Shown here: piece after piece, positions 28,925-37,934 of the stretch
How positions within the stretch are numbered: the first letter of the stretch is position 1
Layout: each line of letters begins with the position of its first letter
Origin: Parcubacteria group bacterium
GTDB lineage: Bacteria > Patescibacteriota > Minisyncoccia > Minisyncoccales > UBA10102
Length of the DNA stretch: 64,000 bases
Direction of reading: 5' to 3'
Assembly: GCA_016203945.1 (NCBI GenBank)
Contig: JACQLT010000002.1
Location: forward strand, 73,585-137,584
Notes under the pieces: generated by a model
Told to the model about the DNA's origin: nothing
The model's input: only the letters and a program-made list of their open reading frames with translations
Database searches by the model: none
Position numbers and translations under genes: made by a program

Positions 28925-31179
28925 AAATACCCCTCCGTACCTTGACTATATCGCTGTTCTGTCTGGCAGCCGCATTGCCCATTGTTTCCACCAATGCGCT
29001 CTTTCACCCGCAGGCATGGGCTCAATCAAGCGTATTTCGGGTCTTGACTGCAGGGCTCGTATCCCTGCTGCTTTTGCAACAGCTGCTGCGACCTTTTGAC
29101 AAAAAAGCGCTGCTTGAGCGCCTTGGTTCAGCAAAAATAGTCCTCATTCCCCTCTCGCTCTTTGCTGTAGTGCTGGCAATCGCAACGCTCTTTTCCCAAG
29201 ATCCGTATTTTAGTTTCTGGGGCACGCCCGCTCGTGGCTGGGGACTACTTAACGACTTTCTCCTCATGCTCTTTGCAGTAGGAGCGTTTCTTTTCCTCTC
29301 TCATGAGGACTGGAAAAAGGTGTGGGGCGTGGCTCTTGCGGCAGGGGTCGGGGTGGCGGGCATTGCCCTGATCCAAACCTTCGGGCTGCTGCCTTCTGTA
29401 TTTAACGCAACGGGTCTCGGAGCTCCCGGCACTCTGGGCAGCTCCATTGTCTTGGGCCTATACCTGGTATTGCTTGCATTTGCGGCTCTTGCCTTGAGAA
29501 AATTTCCGCTTTTTCTATTCTTTGCTTTTGCTGTTGCGCTCACGCTTTCCCGCAGCTCCTGGATTGGATTTGCCGCAGGTATTATATTCTTTCTGGCTTT
29601 CTTTCCTCGAAAACAAGTCCGATGGCGCGCTGCCGCTCTTATTCTGCTGGCGTGCGGAGTGCTTGTACTCCTCATTATAAACCTTGTTGCCCTCCCCTCT
29701 TTTGTAAAGGACATTCCTTTGCTATCTCCTTTATTGTCCCGCGCTTGGCAGGATCTCCAGTGGGAGAATGTTTTTGACCTGTCGCGCATCTTGGCTTGGC
29801 AAATTGAACTCAAAGCTCTGGCAGAAAAACCCCTCCTTGGCTGGGGACCCTATAACTCTTCCATCGGGTTCAACAAATACTTTGACCCGATTGTCACCCA
29901 GGCGCACGCTCGCCCCTATTTTGATACTTCCCACAACGAATTTCTCGATATTGCCCTAGGGTCGGGATTCTTGGGTCTTGCTGCCTATCTTTGGTTCATA
30001 GGGGCGTTTCTGTGGAAACTACAGAAATCGGCGCTTGAGAATAGGTGGCAGGCGAGAATGGTGCAAGCCGGTATCATAGGGGGGCATGCCGCGCTCTTTT
30101 TCTTTCCCTTTATGTTCTCCACGCATCTGCTGTTTTTCCTCCTCATTGCATACGGACTGCATCTGTCCGCTGCGGCTCCACCTTTGCCAATGACTGGAGG
30201 CGGAACGAAAACAGAGCTTCCTTCAAAAAAGCTTGCCGTATTCGGAGGAGCATCTCTCCTACTGGTGTCCTTTGCTTTCTTTTTCGCGATACAGCCCCTT
30301 GCATGGAACAGAACCCTGAACGTTGCGGCACAGCAGGCAGATCGAGGGAAGTGTTCCTTGGCGCTTCCCGCGGCAGAAGAAGTCCTTGAGCGCGGCAAGA
30401 ACAGCTTCTTTTCATACTGGATACATCTCAAATATGTAGAGGCTGTGGATTCCTGTATTGGGAGTCAGGAGGAAGGGGTTCAGCAGATATTATCTGAAAA
30501 AGCTGCCGCTGCCCTCAATGAAGAGCTGCTTGTTCGGCCCAAAGAACCAAGGACCTGGATATTGCTTGGAGGATATTTCAATAATTTGGCCGCTTTTTCC
30601 AAAGACTCTCAAGAACGCTCGGACTTTCTCAACCAGGCAAGAACTGCCTTTGAAAAAGCGAGGGGATTAAGCCCAAGCCGCTATGAAACCTTTTTAGAAT
30701 GGACAAGAACCGAAATGCTTTCAAAAAACTATGAGGCGGCGAAACAAAAGGCAGCTCAATGCATTATGCTCAACCCGAACTCGCAAAACTGCTGGATTAG
30801 ATTATCTCTTGCCCAATTCGCGCTCAAGAATACCGAGGGCGGGCTGCACGCCTTAGACAAGGCGCGCGAGGGGAATATTACGATAGCAACAACGATACAA
30901 AGCGAACAGGTTCTCATAGAAATCTTGAGGCAAACACTTGCTTTGCCGCAGAAACCCTACCAGGATGTGGTATTTTTATTGAGCACCCTTATCGACCTCA
31001 ACCCAAACAACCCGCAGTACTACGCTTCCCTTGCCGCCGTGTACCTTGAGCTTGGAGAATATGGAAATGCGGGACAAGCTGCACTCGCGGTGCTTGAGCT
31101 GCAGCCGGAAAACGAAGAAGCAATACGGCAATTCTTCCAGCAACTCCCTAAAGAATTCCGCCCGGACAGATTCAAATAA
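28921..31179 (+). CDS. Second O-antigen ligase-family/TPR protein (tandem paralogue)
   Basis: TLSRSSW, PLLGWGP, DTSHNEFLD, TPRs; ATGA overlap with the first copy. Confidence 0.8.
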   Translation: MKIPLRTLTISLFCLAAALPIVSTNALFHPQAWAQSSVFRVLTAGLVSLLLLQQLLRPFDKKALLERLGSAKIVLIPLSLFAVVLAIATLFSQDPYFSFWGTPARGWGLLNDFLLMLFAVGAFLFLSHEDWKKVWGVALAAGVGVAGIALIQTFGLLPSVFNATGLGAPGTLGSSIVLGLYLVLLAFAALALRKFPLFLFFAFAVALTLSRSSWIGFAAGIIFFLAFFPRKQVRWRAAALILLACGVLVLLIINLVALPSFVKDIPLLSPLLSRAWQDLQWENVFDLSRILAWQIELKALAEKPLLGWGPYNSSIGFNKYFDPIVTQAHARPYFDTSHNEFLDIALGSGFLGLAAYLWFIGAFLWKLQKSALENRWQARMVQAGIIGGHAALFFFPFMFSTHLLFFLLIAYGLHLSAAAPPLPMTGGGTKTELPSKKLAVFGGASLLLVSFAFFFAIQPLAWNRTLNVAAQQADRGKCSLALPAAEEVLERGKNSFFSYWIHLKYVEAVDSCIGSQEEGVQQILSEKAAAALNEELLVRPKEPRTWILLGGYFNNLAAFSKDSQERSDFLNQARTAFEKARGLSPSRYETFLEWTRTEMLSKNYEAAKQKAAQCIMLNPNSQNCWIRLSLAQFALKNTEGGLHALDKAREGNITIATTIQSEQVLIEILRQTLALPQKPYQDVVFLLSTLIDLNPNNPQYYASLAAVYLELGEYGNAGQAALAVLELQPENEEAIRQFFQQLPKEFRPDRFK

Positions 31180-31199
31180 TATACCCGCCGATACATATA

Positions 31200-31247
31200 G
31201 GCGGAAATCAAAGGCCGCCCCATGTGAGGCGGCTCTTTGATTTCGCC
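31200..31247. terminator. Hairpin between convergent genes (probable bidirectional terminator)
   Basis: GAAATCAAAGGCCGCC / GGCGGC-t-CTTTGATTTC inverted repeat. Confidence 0.7.
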
Positions 31248-31303
31248 AAGTGGCGAATCGTTACCCTCTTGCCACAAGAAAGAGAGTAGACGTCCTGTCG
31301 GGA

Positions 31304-34300
31304 TTACGGGTTCACCAAGCTGCCTGCGTAGATGTCTGGCCTGAAGATGATGGTTCCTCTGCGGTAGGCGTTTGAGGTTCCGTCAACGCCGAACTCCACA
31401 TTGGAATCAGCAACATCGCTCAGCCACAGCTGAATCTGGTCGCCGTCAGTGTCAAGCTCGGTCGTGTCGCTGTAGATCAGCAAGGTCTTGGTCTGGCCTG
31501 CTGGCACCCTCAGCTCAGTTGTCGCGAAGGTAAAGGTTACGCTTTCGCTGGTGGACTCGTCTACCTGACCTTCTTCACCCGTACCAACTGCCGAAATTGC
31601 GTTGCTGTATATGGTGCCGTCCGGATCCTGCAAGGTGAAGGTCTCTTCTGTGCCGTCAGACGTGCTGATGGACTGTGTGATGTTCACCACCAGCTTGTTG
31701 CCGTCTCCGTTCTGGAAGGTGACATCGTCCGAACCCACAGCAGTCACGTCAAACTTGGCAAGAAGCGTGTTTGCTGAAGGAATGAGGTTGCCCGAAGGCG
31801 TGGTAGAGTTGACCGTGAACTTCGGATACGCGCGGAACATCCGGTGCGTGTTGGAAGAACCTGTCGGGGCGGCATCGCTTACCGTAGTGCCAGACCCTTT
31901 GCCCGTGGTATCCACGTCACGAATGGCAACTCCGGTCGCAACGTCGTTTTGCGCTGCTGCCGACGTGTTGCTGAAGAAGTCCGCTTTCACCGTGATCAAT
32001 TGGTAGCCGTTTGACGGAATCGTCAATGTGCCATCGTCAAACGTAATATCACTAAGTGACTGAGGCGAGGCTCCTCCCGCAGATACCGACTTGAGCAAGG
32101 TTGAGCCGTTGTACAGGTGCAGGGTTTGAATGAAGTTGCTCCCCGATACCTGAAGGCTTATCTCGTCAAGGTCAAGGTCTTCCACGGCGTCCGACGCAAG
32201 CCGGAATATGCCAATGGTGTTGCCTGTTGTCGAGGCCGCAAAGAGACTGCTGGACGGCTGTGAGGAGTCAACTGACGTTGTCAGCGTGCCTCCTGTCACC
32301 ACAGACATGACCTGACCAGCTCCTGAGCGGGTTTCGGTAATGTCGTTTCCGGTATCAGCTCCTGTCGCGGTTGTCGCGGTTTCAGCGACCTGGTGAGCAT
32401 CGGTGAGATTGCCGGAAGCTCCGGTGTCGGCGTTGGCCTTAAGGTCGGCCACCACGGCAAGCTCCATAGTAGTTCCTTTCTTGACAATCAAGGTCTGCGT
32501 CAAGGTGAAGGCAATGGTGTCTGCCGTGCCGTCTGTGGTGCTGTCATAGCTCGTGGTGTTAGACACCTTTGTTTCGTAGACATCTCCCCTTGAGCTTGAG
32601 GCAGTCGTCAGGTTTGCCCAAATCTCCACATTGATCATGTCGTCAGCCGGAGCTCCTGTGCCAGGGTCGTTCTGTATGGTGATGGAACTCACCTGCACGT
32701 CTTCTCCGGAAGCTCCCGCGTCAAGCGCAAGCTTGGCAAAGATGAAGTCACTCGTACCAACTGCCACGTCTCGCGCAGCCGGGGATACCAGAGTATTCAC
32801 TACCAAGGCTCCCGCTTTTACGGTCTGCGTATTGCCAGCAGCCGCACTGGCGGTCGGAGTTGCGGTAATGGAGTTGTTGCTCGTCATTCCGGTCACCGTA
32901 AGATCGGTGTCTGGATCAGCAATTGCCGCTTGAATGGTGTCGCCTGCAGAGGTAGCAGTCGCGATTCTTCCTTTCACCGTGTACTTGTGCACGCCTACAG
33001 GAACAATGATGGTGTCGGTGTAGGTTACCGATACCTCGTAGGTGGTGCCGTTCGCGGTGTAATCCGTAGTGCTCGGATCCAAGGGACCTGCTACCAGAGT
33101 GCCGTTCTCGTCAAACAGCTTCACTGCCGTAAGTTCGGCGTCAAGCATTGTACCCAGGTCAAAGGAAATTCTGACCGAGGTAAGCTTTACCGACTCACCA
33201 ATCGCGTTGAGGTCCCACGTTGCCAAGTTCTGGTCTGCTGCCTGGGCAATGTTGCCCGTGGGAGCAGTGGTAGAGGACTTGGAAACGCTCAGGGCTCCCG
33301 AGTTGATGGTCTGGTTGTTTGCAGCCAACCCGTCGTTGGCATTGGTCCAGTCAGCAGCGTCGTTGCCGTCCGGAGTGATGTACATGCCGTAGGTGTTGCC
33401 CTTTGTGGATATTAACACATCACTGCCGTCCATGAGGTCGGCGTTTATTGTCAAACTGGGGCCGTCCACGACGTCAAGCATGATCTTGAATCTTCGGCTG
33501 TCTCCCTTGGCAATCACCATGTTGAGGTTTGACCACGAGGCCTTGCCTTCTCCAGACCATTGCGTGGTCCCGAGCGACTGGCTCTTCGATACGTCGTACA
33601 GCTCAATGTTTGTGGTGTCGTCAAGAGAAGCAGAACCCGACTCCATCACGGTAATCTGCTCTAATGTCACGTCTTCTGTTGACCCTACCGTCACTTTGAA
33701 GGCGTTCACCGTAACATCGGTGTCGCCAACATCGGGCGTGGAGTCAACGAGCGCGCCGTCTTCCTGCACGTCAACCGTGCCGATGGTCAAGGCAACAGTG
33801 GTAAAGTCGTTCCCTTTTATGGGGAAGGCTCCGGTCACCGTTGCTGATCCGGCGCTGATGTCTGCTGCAGAGGCAATACCCATTGCCACGGTCTTCGCTC
33901 CTGCGGTTCCGTCAACAATTCCTACGCGAATGAAAAACGCCTTGGAAGTGTTGGCAGGAATCTTGAGGTTCGTGGAGAAGGTCATCTGGGCTCTGCTGTT
34001 TGTGTTCAGGGAACCCAAGCTGCCTACCCTCACTCCGTCCTCGTCAAGGATTCTGATGTTTTCCACGTCCGCATTTGCGGTCAACCCATAACGGGTGAGC
34101 CAAATGGTGGAAATAGCAACATCGGATGCTCCTGCGCTCAGGAAGAACTTCGTTACGTTAACGTTTCCTGCGTCTGCCACAGTAGCTGAAGCTGGCGTGT
34201 CAGAAGCCAAGGATACGCTTAGCGTTCCAGCTTGAGCCGGAGGCGTTGGCGCTCCTGGCGTGCTGGGCGTGCTTGGCGTGCCGGGCGTGCTTGGAGCAGT

Positions 34301-34732
34301 TCCTGCCACGGCAGTGTACTTTGCCCGAGAAATCGGTCCGAAGTATCCTACCGCGGGGCTCACTCCGTTCGCAGCCTGCCATGCTGCTACTGCTGCTTGC
34401 GTGCGGGAACCGTAAAAAGTGGTCTCAGAGCCAGGAGATCCTGCGCCCGAAGAAGCCAGCTGGTGTCCCGCACCATTCAGGTACTGTTGCAAGCACATTA
34501 CGTCATCACCCGAAGAAACTCCTACGTAGAGGCTGCGGGTAAAGGTGCAAGCGGTTGCGCCAGCTCCTGATCCTTGCTGTGCCTGAAGCTGTTGAAGCTG
34601 GACCAGCAAGGCGTCAATCTGCGCTTGCAATTCTGCTATTGTCACTGCGCCTGCGGGCATTGGAGCTACCATGCTCACGGCAATGCTCGCTGCGGCTGCA
34701 GTGGTAATTGCTTTCTTTAAGAATTTACTCAT
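31304..34732 (-). CDS. Large secreted S-layer-like surface protein with peptidoglycan-binding domain
   Basis: Signal peptide, IAELQAQIDALL coiled coil, FTRSL..G.DVMCLQQYLN...YFGPISRA PG-binding motif, TPSTPG linker, long Thr/Ser/Asp-rich beta region. Confidence 0.75.
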   Translation of the reverse strand: MSKFLKKAITTAAAASIAVSMVAPMPAGAVTIAELQAQIDALLVQLQQLQAQQGSGAGATACTFTRSLYVGVSSGDDVMCLQQYLNGAGHQLASSGAGSPGSETTFYGSRTQAAVAAWQAANGVSPAVGYFGPISRAKYTAVAGTAPSTPGTPSTPSTPGAPTPPAQAGTLSVSLASDTPASATVADAGNVNVTKFFLSAGASDVAISTIWLTRYGLTANADVENIRILDEDGVRVGSLGSLNTNSRAQMTFSTNLKIPANTSKAFFIRVGIVDGTAGAKTVAMGIASAADISAGSATVTGAFPIKGNDFTTVALTIGTVDVQEDGALVDSTPDVGDTDVTVNAFKVTVGSTEDVTLEQITVMESGSASLDDTTNIELYDVSKSQSLGTTQWSGEGKASWSNLNMVIAKGDSRRFKIMLDVVDGPSLTINADLMDGSDVLISTKGNTYGMYITPDGNDAADWTNANDGLAANNQTINSGALSVSKSSTTAPTGNIAQAADQNLATWDLNAIGESVKLTSVRISFDLGTMLDAELTAVKLFDENGTLVAGPLDPSTTDYTANGTTYEVSVTYTDTIIVPVGVHKYTVKGRIATATSAGDTIQAAIADPDTDLTVTGMTSNNSITATPTASAAAGNTQTVKAGALVVNTLVSPAARDVAVGTSDFIFAKLALDAGASGEDVQVSSITIQNDPGTGAPADDMINVEIWANLTTASSSRGDVYETKVSNTTSYDSTTDGTADTIAFTLTQTLIVKKGTTMELAVVADLKANADTGASGNLTDAHQVAETATTATGADTGNDITETRSGAGQVMSVVTGGTLTTSVDSSQPSSSLFAASTTGNTIGIFRLASDAVEDLDLDEISLQVSGSNFIQTLHLYNGSTLLKSVSAGGASPQSLSDITFDDGTLTIPSNGYQLITVKADFFSNTSAAAQNDVATGVAIRDVDTTGKGSGTTVSDAAPTGSSNTHRMFRAYPKFTVNSTTPSGNLIPSANTLLAKFDVTAVGSDDVTFQNGDGNKLVVNITQSISTSDGTEETFTLQDPDGTIYSNAISAVGTGEEGQVDESTSESVTFTFATTELRVPAGQTKTLLIYSDTTELDTDGDQIQLWLSDVADSNVEFGVDGTSNAYRRGTIIFRPDIYAGSLVNP

Positions 34733-34814
34733 TTATTGTTTGTTTGGTTAATTTACGAAATGTATTATGTGTATAGGTTAATCCTATAACACATGCCGAC
34801 CTTTGTATTCGGTT

Positions 34815-35603
34815 TCAATCTCCACTCTTCGTGGAGCCAACCTTCAAAAGATATTCCAACGCCGTCTCGTACTCTCCTGCCTCGGAAGCCGCGACTGCTT
34901 TTGAGACCAGCGCTGCCTGCTCTTCATTGAGCGTCCGAGTTTCCAAATCTTTCAGCTCGCTCTCTACCACCACCCTAGTGGCTTCGGCCAAGCTGTCATT
35001 CTCCCCTTCCCCGATACTTGTTCCGAGCACCCGTTCCAGTTTAGATCTCTCTTTCTGAAGCTCCAGCAAAACTTTTCCCGCCTGGAGCGCGACTCGCGGC
35101 TCCTGATCAACCAGCCCTGGCAATGCCTGCGACACCTCAGAAACCCTGCTCTGGTATCCCTTGATTGCGGCCGCAAGATCCTTAGTTCGGTTCTGCGCAG
35201 TCACCTGCTTTAACTCATCTAATCTGCGCTGGGCAAGCTCCAGCTGCACGAACGCGCGATCTTTGCTCGGAGAAAGCGCGAACTCCACCTGTTCCCTAGT
35301 TGACTTTACGGAGTACAAAGGGTCTCCTGGCAAGCTGGAAGAAGAAATCTGCAGTGCGAGGCTTACTCCCACCACAAGCATGAGGCCTGCAAACGCAAAA
35401 GCCGGTTTCTCAAAGTATCTTGTTGCCAGCACTAACTCTCCCAGTATACGGGAGGCAAGAGACCCCTGCAATATCCTTGGTTCGACCAAGCTATTCACAC
35501 CTATCTGGCTCATCACCTGGCTTTTAACGGAAAAAACCCAGTCCTGTCTGGGTGTAATGCTCTTCAAAAGGTTTAGCTTCTCTATGGTCTGACGATGTTC
35601 CAT
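34815..35603 (-). CDS. DUF5667-like membrane-anchored protein, probable anti-sigma factor
   Basis: TM helix then SLPGDPLYSVK...E...RRLDE; directly downstream of the ECF sigma gene. Confidence 0.7.
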   Translation of the reverse strand: MEHRQTIEKLNLLKSITPRQDWVFSVKSQVMSQIGVNSLVEPRILQGSLASRILGELVLATRYFEKPAFAFAGLMLVVGVSLALQISSSSLPGDPLYSVKSTREQVEFALSPSKDRAFVQLELAQRRLDELKQVTAQNRTKDLAAAIKGYQSRVSEVSQALPGLVDQEPRVALQAGKVLLELQKERSKLERVLGTSIGEGENDSLAEATRVVVESELKDLETRTLNEEQAALVSKAVAASEAGEYETALEYLLKVGSTKSGD

Positions 35604-35626
35604 TGAGAGTGGCTTATATACTCTAT

Positions 35627-35652
35627 GTCGTAAAAACTGCTGTTTTGTTACA
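35627..35652 (-). promoter_or_regulatory. ECF-type promoter for the anti-sigma gene
   Basis: TGTAAC-16 nt-CGAC, overlapping the sigma stop codon. Confidence 0.6.
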
Positions 35653-36130
35653 CTAATCTCTCCTTCAATGCCTCTAGCGCTCTATGGACTCCTACCCTCA
35701 CATTTGTTTCAGTTTTGCCGGTAATTTGGGCTATCTCGGATATCGAAAGCTCGTCTAAATAGCGCCAGATGACCAGGTTTTGATACTCGTCATTGAGCTC
35801 AGCAAGAGCCTTCTGTACCTGTTCCATATCCGAGCTTACGGCTAGCGTATCGGCAAAATGGGAATCTTCCGCTATATCAAGCACATTGCCCTCTAAAGAG
35901 ACCGTGGAAACCTGCTTTTTCCGATAGTGGTCTGCTATGACGTTCCGGGCAATACCATACAGAAAAGCCCTATCATTGTCAATGCGGGAACTGTTGAGTT
36001 GTTTCCAGAAACGCAAGAACACCTCAGAAGACAAATCCTCGGCAAGATCCCTGGAGCTCACCTTCAGGTAGCAGAAGCGGTAGATGCTGGCAACGTGTTC
36101 GTCGTATACTTTACTGAACCTTTCTTTCAT
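35648..36130 (-). CDS. ECF sigma-70 factor
   Basis: AEDLSSEVFLRFW, LYGIARN, LSISEIAQITGK...VRVGVHRAL. Confidence 0.9.
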   Translation of the reverse strand: MKERFSKVYDEHVASIYRFCYLKVSSRDLAEDLSSEVFLRFWKQLNSSRIDNDRAFLYGIARNVIADHYRKKQVSTVSLEGNVLDIAEDSHFADTLAVSSDMEQVQKALAELNDEYQNLVIWRYLDELSISEIAQITGKTETNVRVGVHRALEALKERLV

Positions 36131-36132
36131 AT

Positions 36133-36179
36133 TGTCCTAACCCTATTCAATATGTCCTATCTCTGTCCTACTATTCCTA
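36133..36179. repeat. TGTCCTA direct repeats upstream of ECF sigma
   Basis: TGTCCTA at 36133, 36153, 36164; ATTCCTA at 36173. Confidence 0.55.
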
Positions 36180-36759
36180 ACACTTTTTCCACAGAAACTC
36201 CTGTTCCGGCACTGATTCTATAAAATATATCATTCCATTCCCCTTCCCGGATCACAAGGTTGCGCTTGAGCAGATCATCCAGATCCCGCCTCAGGGTGCG
36301 CTTGGTAACCTCGGGAAGGAGCTTTTTGAGCTCCCAGACCTGAACTTTTTCTTTGTACCTTAGGATCTCAAGCATCTTCTCCTGCCGGCTGTTAAGCTCC
36401 TTGGGATTAGACACAGAAGAGGTCTGCCTGAGCGAAGGTGCCCGCTGAAGCGAAGTTCGGGTCAAAAACCTTCGCACTTTAGCGTATTCTCGCTCCAGAA
36501 CAACGAAGTTTTTATCGTTAATAACCCGCAGGCGCTTTACGCTCTGAAGAAAGCCCAAAAGCATTTGCAGCTCAGCTGAAGCGCGGATAATCGTTTCGTT
36601 CTTTTCTTCGGGATTTTGGTTCCTGGTCAGGAAAATGAGATGTATGAGAAGACGGCTTGCCGATTCCTCAATCTTGGAACGTAGAACAGAGCCCCCGGAA
36701 AGAAGCTCGGTTACTCGGTACAACCCGAACGTAAGTCGCATAAAAAAGTCCGAGTCCAT
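36157..36759 (-). CDS. Helical-bundle protein with C-terminal DeoR-type HTH
   Basis: LYRVTELL...LRSKIEE N-terminus; LNSRQEKML...VTKRTLRRDLDDL HTH. Confidence 0.65.
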   Translation of the reverse strand: MDSDFFMRLTFGLYRVTELLSGGSVLRSKIEESASRLLIHLIFLTRNQNPEEKNETIIRASAELQMLLGFLQSVKRLRVINDKNFVVLEREYAKVRRFLTRTSLQRAPSLRQTSSVSNPKELNSRQEKMLEILRYKEKVQVWELKKLLPEVTKRTLRRDLDDLLKRNLVIREGEWNDIFYRISAGTGVSVEKVLGIVGQR

Positions 36760-36805
36760 AAACTTGAATGTACCAAAACCAAGATACTCGGTCAATTCTT
36801 AACTA

Positions 36806-36835
36806 TTGACAAATATGTCTAACCTGTGGTATGGT
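36806..36835 (+). promoter_or_regulatory. sigma70 promoter, cassette 1
   Basis: TTGACA-18 nt-TATGGT with TG extension. Confidence 0.55.
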
Positions 36836-36841
36836 TGTGTT

Positions 36842-36990
36842 ACAAACGGCTTAGCTCTTTAGACCACAAACCTGGAGACCGAGTGGTGACGGTTTCCAGT
36901 CCCAATGCCCCTGCTTGTGCGAGGTGACTCCAATGCGTCTTCCGTGTCGCCGCAAAAGAGTCTTTCCGCACAGCAGGGGCTCTTTTTTTC
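36842..36990 (+). ncRNA. Candidate small RNA (or 14-aa microORF transcript) ending in a long terminator hairpin
   Basis: Promoter upstream; extended stem GCCCCTGC..TGTGCG..GACTC / GAGTC..CGCACA.GCAGGGGC followed by TCTTTTTTT. Confidence 0.4.
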
Positions 36991-37019
36991 CCTTGACTTA
37001 GTCAAGGACAAAGCTTTTC

Positions 37020-37049
37020 TTGACAAAATGCCAGTACTTGAGTTATAGA
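37020..37049 (+). promoter_or_regulatory. sigma70 promoter, cassette 2
   Basis: TTGACA...TATAGA; SD TAAGGAGGT at 37066. Confidence 0.55.
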
Positions 37050-37083
37050 AATGACAGTGGCGGAGTAAGGAGGTCCTTACCCC

Positions 37084-37431
37084 ATGGAGGAACAATCGAT
37101 AGGGATCGAAGTAAGGCCTGACGAAAGGAAGCGCGTCTGCATCCCTCATCAGTTCAGGGGAATAGCTCCGGGAGACAAACTCGTCGTTTCTATAGACGAA
37201 GGACCGTGTCTGGTCCTCACGAAACCTTTCGGAGCGTCTGGGACACGATTTGAGTACACGCTGGTAGTGGATAAGCAGAGGCGTATTGCCATCGGGCAAC
37301 TCCAAACAGCCATCAAGCTCAAGCGAAGAAGCAAGGCGATCGTAACTTCTGTAGAGGGCCGTCTCCAGATCTGGGCGATGCCCGTATGGCGACGCCATCA
37401 AGCTTCAGGTGCTAAGGCGCCTGAGCACTGA
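37084..37431 (+). CDS. Divergent MraZ-like double AbrB-domain protein
   Basis: Two D-x-(K/Q/R)-x-R-(V/I)-x-I repeats (DERKRVCIP, DKQRRIAIG) and C-terminal GRLQIW..W; strong SD. Confidence 0.6.
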   Translation: MEEQSIGIEVRPDERKRVCIPHQFRGIAPGDKLVVSIDEGPCLVLTKPFGASGTRFEYTLVVDKQRRIAIGQLQTAIKLKRRSKAIVTSVEGRLQIWAMPVWRRHQASGAKAPEH

Positions 37432-37461
37432 CATCCGACCCCCCTCGGATGTCCTTTTTTT
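37430..37461 (+). terminator. Intrinsic terminator, cassette 2
   Basis: GACATCCGA-ccccc-TCGGATGTC followed by a T tract. Confidence 0.75.
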
Positions 37462-37499
37462 ATTCACCATTCATCATTTGTGCATGTATGCTTTAGCTA

Positions 37500-37528
37500 T
37501 TGACAAAATGGCTTTATTCATATATAAA
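37500..37528 (+). promoter_or_regulatory. sigma70 promoter, cassette 3
   Basis: TTGACA-17 nt-TATAAA. Confidence 0.6.
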
Positions 37529-37565
37529 GGGGCTGGTGGCTGGGTGGGAAGGAAGCCCACCTCGC

Positions 37566-37859
37566 ATGAAAATTCGCGTTTCCATCATTCAGGAAAGGAT
37601 CTTCTGCTATTTGTTCTTCGTAGGGTGCGTTTCCGCTCTGTGGGCCGGGTTCTTGCTCTTCTGGGCACTTGTCTATGCGTACGACAAGAACATCCCAGAT
37701 CCAGGCCTCATCGCAGAAGCACCCCACTGGCTCCTTTACCCGAGCCCCCTGTCATTCCTGGGCCTTCTCCCGTCAACACGGGAAGCCATCGGGAGATTGA
37801 TCTCACGGAGACAGGAAACTATTGGGGAATGGATCGACCGGGTCCTTCGATTGAATTGA
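37566..37859 (+). CDS. Small membrane protein (97 aa), function unknown
   Basis: MKIRVSII..., hydrophobic helices; bracketed by promoter, purine-rich leader and terminator. Confidence 0.55.
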   Translation: MKIRVSIIQERIFCYLFFVGCVSALWAGFLLFWALVYAYDKNIPDPGLIAEAPHWLLYPSPLSFLGLLPSTREAIGRLISRRQETIGEWIDRVLRLN

Positions 37860-37880
37860 ATTGACTTTCATCGAGGGCCC

Positions 37881-37934
37881 ACCCCTGCTGCGACAAGGCA
37901 CCCGCCAATGTCGCACCAGGGGGTTCTTTTTTTT
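37881..37934 (+). terminator. Intrinsic terminator, cassette 3
   Basis: CCCCTG-c-TGCGACA...TGTCGCA-c-CAGGGG followed by TTCTTTTTTTT. Confidence 0.7.

Noticed and set aside
34250-34300. 9-nt tandem repeats in the surface protein gene
   Set aside because: They encode a Pro/Thr/Ser linker; low-complexity coding sequence, not a separate element.
36933-37001. 22-aa ORF MRLPCRRKRVFPHSRGSFFPLT after GAGGTG
   Set aside because: Its start is buried in the hairpin and it runs through the U-tract terminator.
36859-37401. 180-aa minus-strand ORF
   Set aside because: Antisense to the MraZ-like gene, which has promoter, SD and terminator support; it also crosses a terminator.
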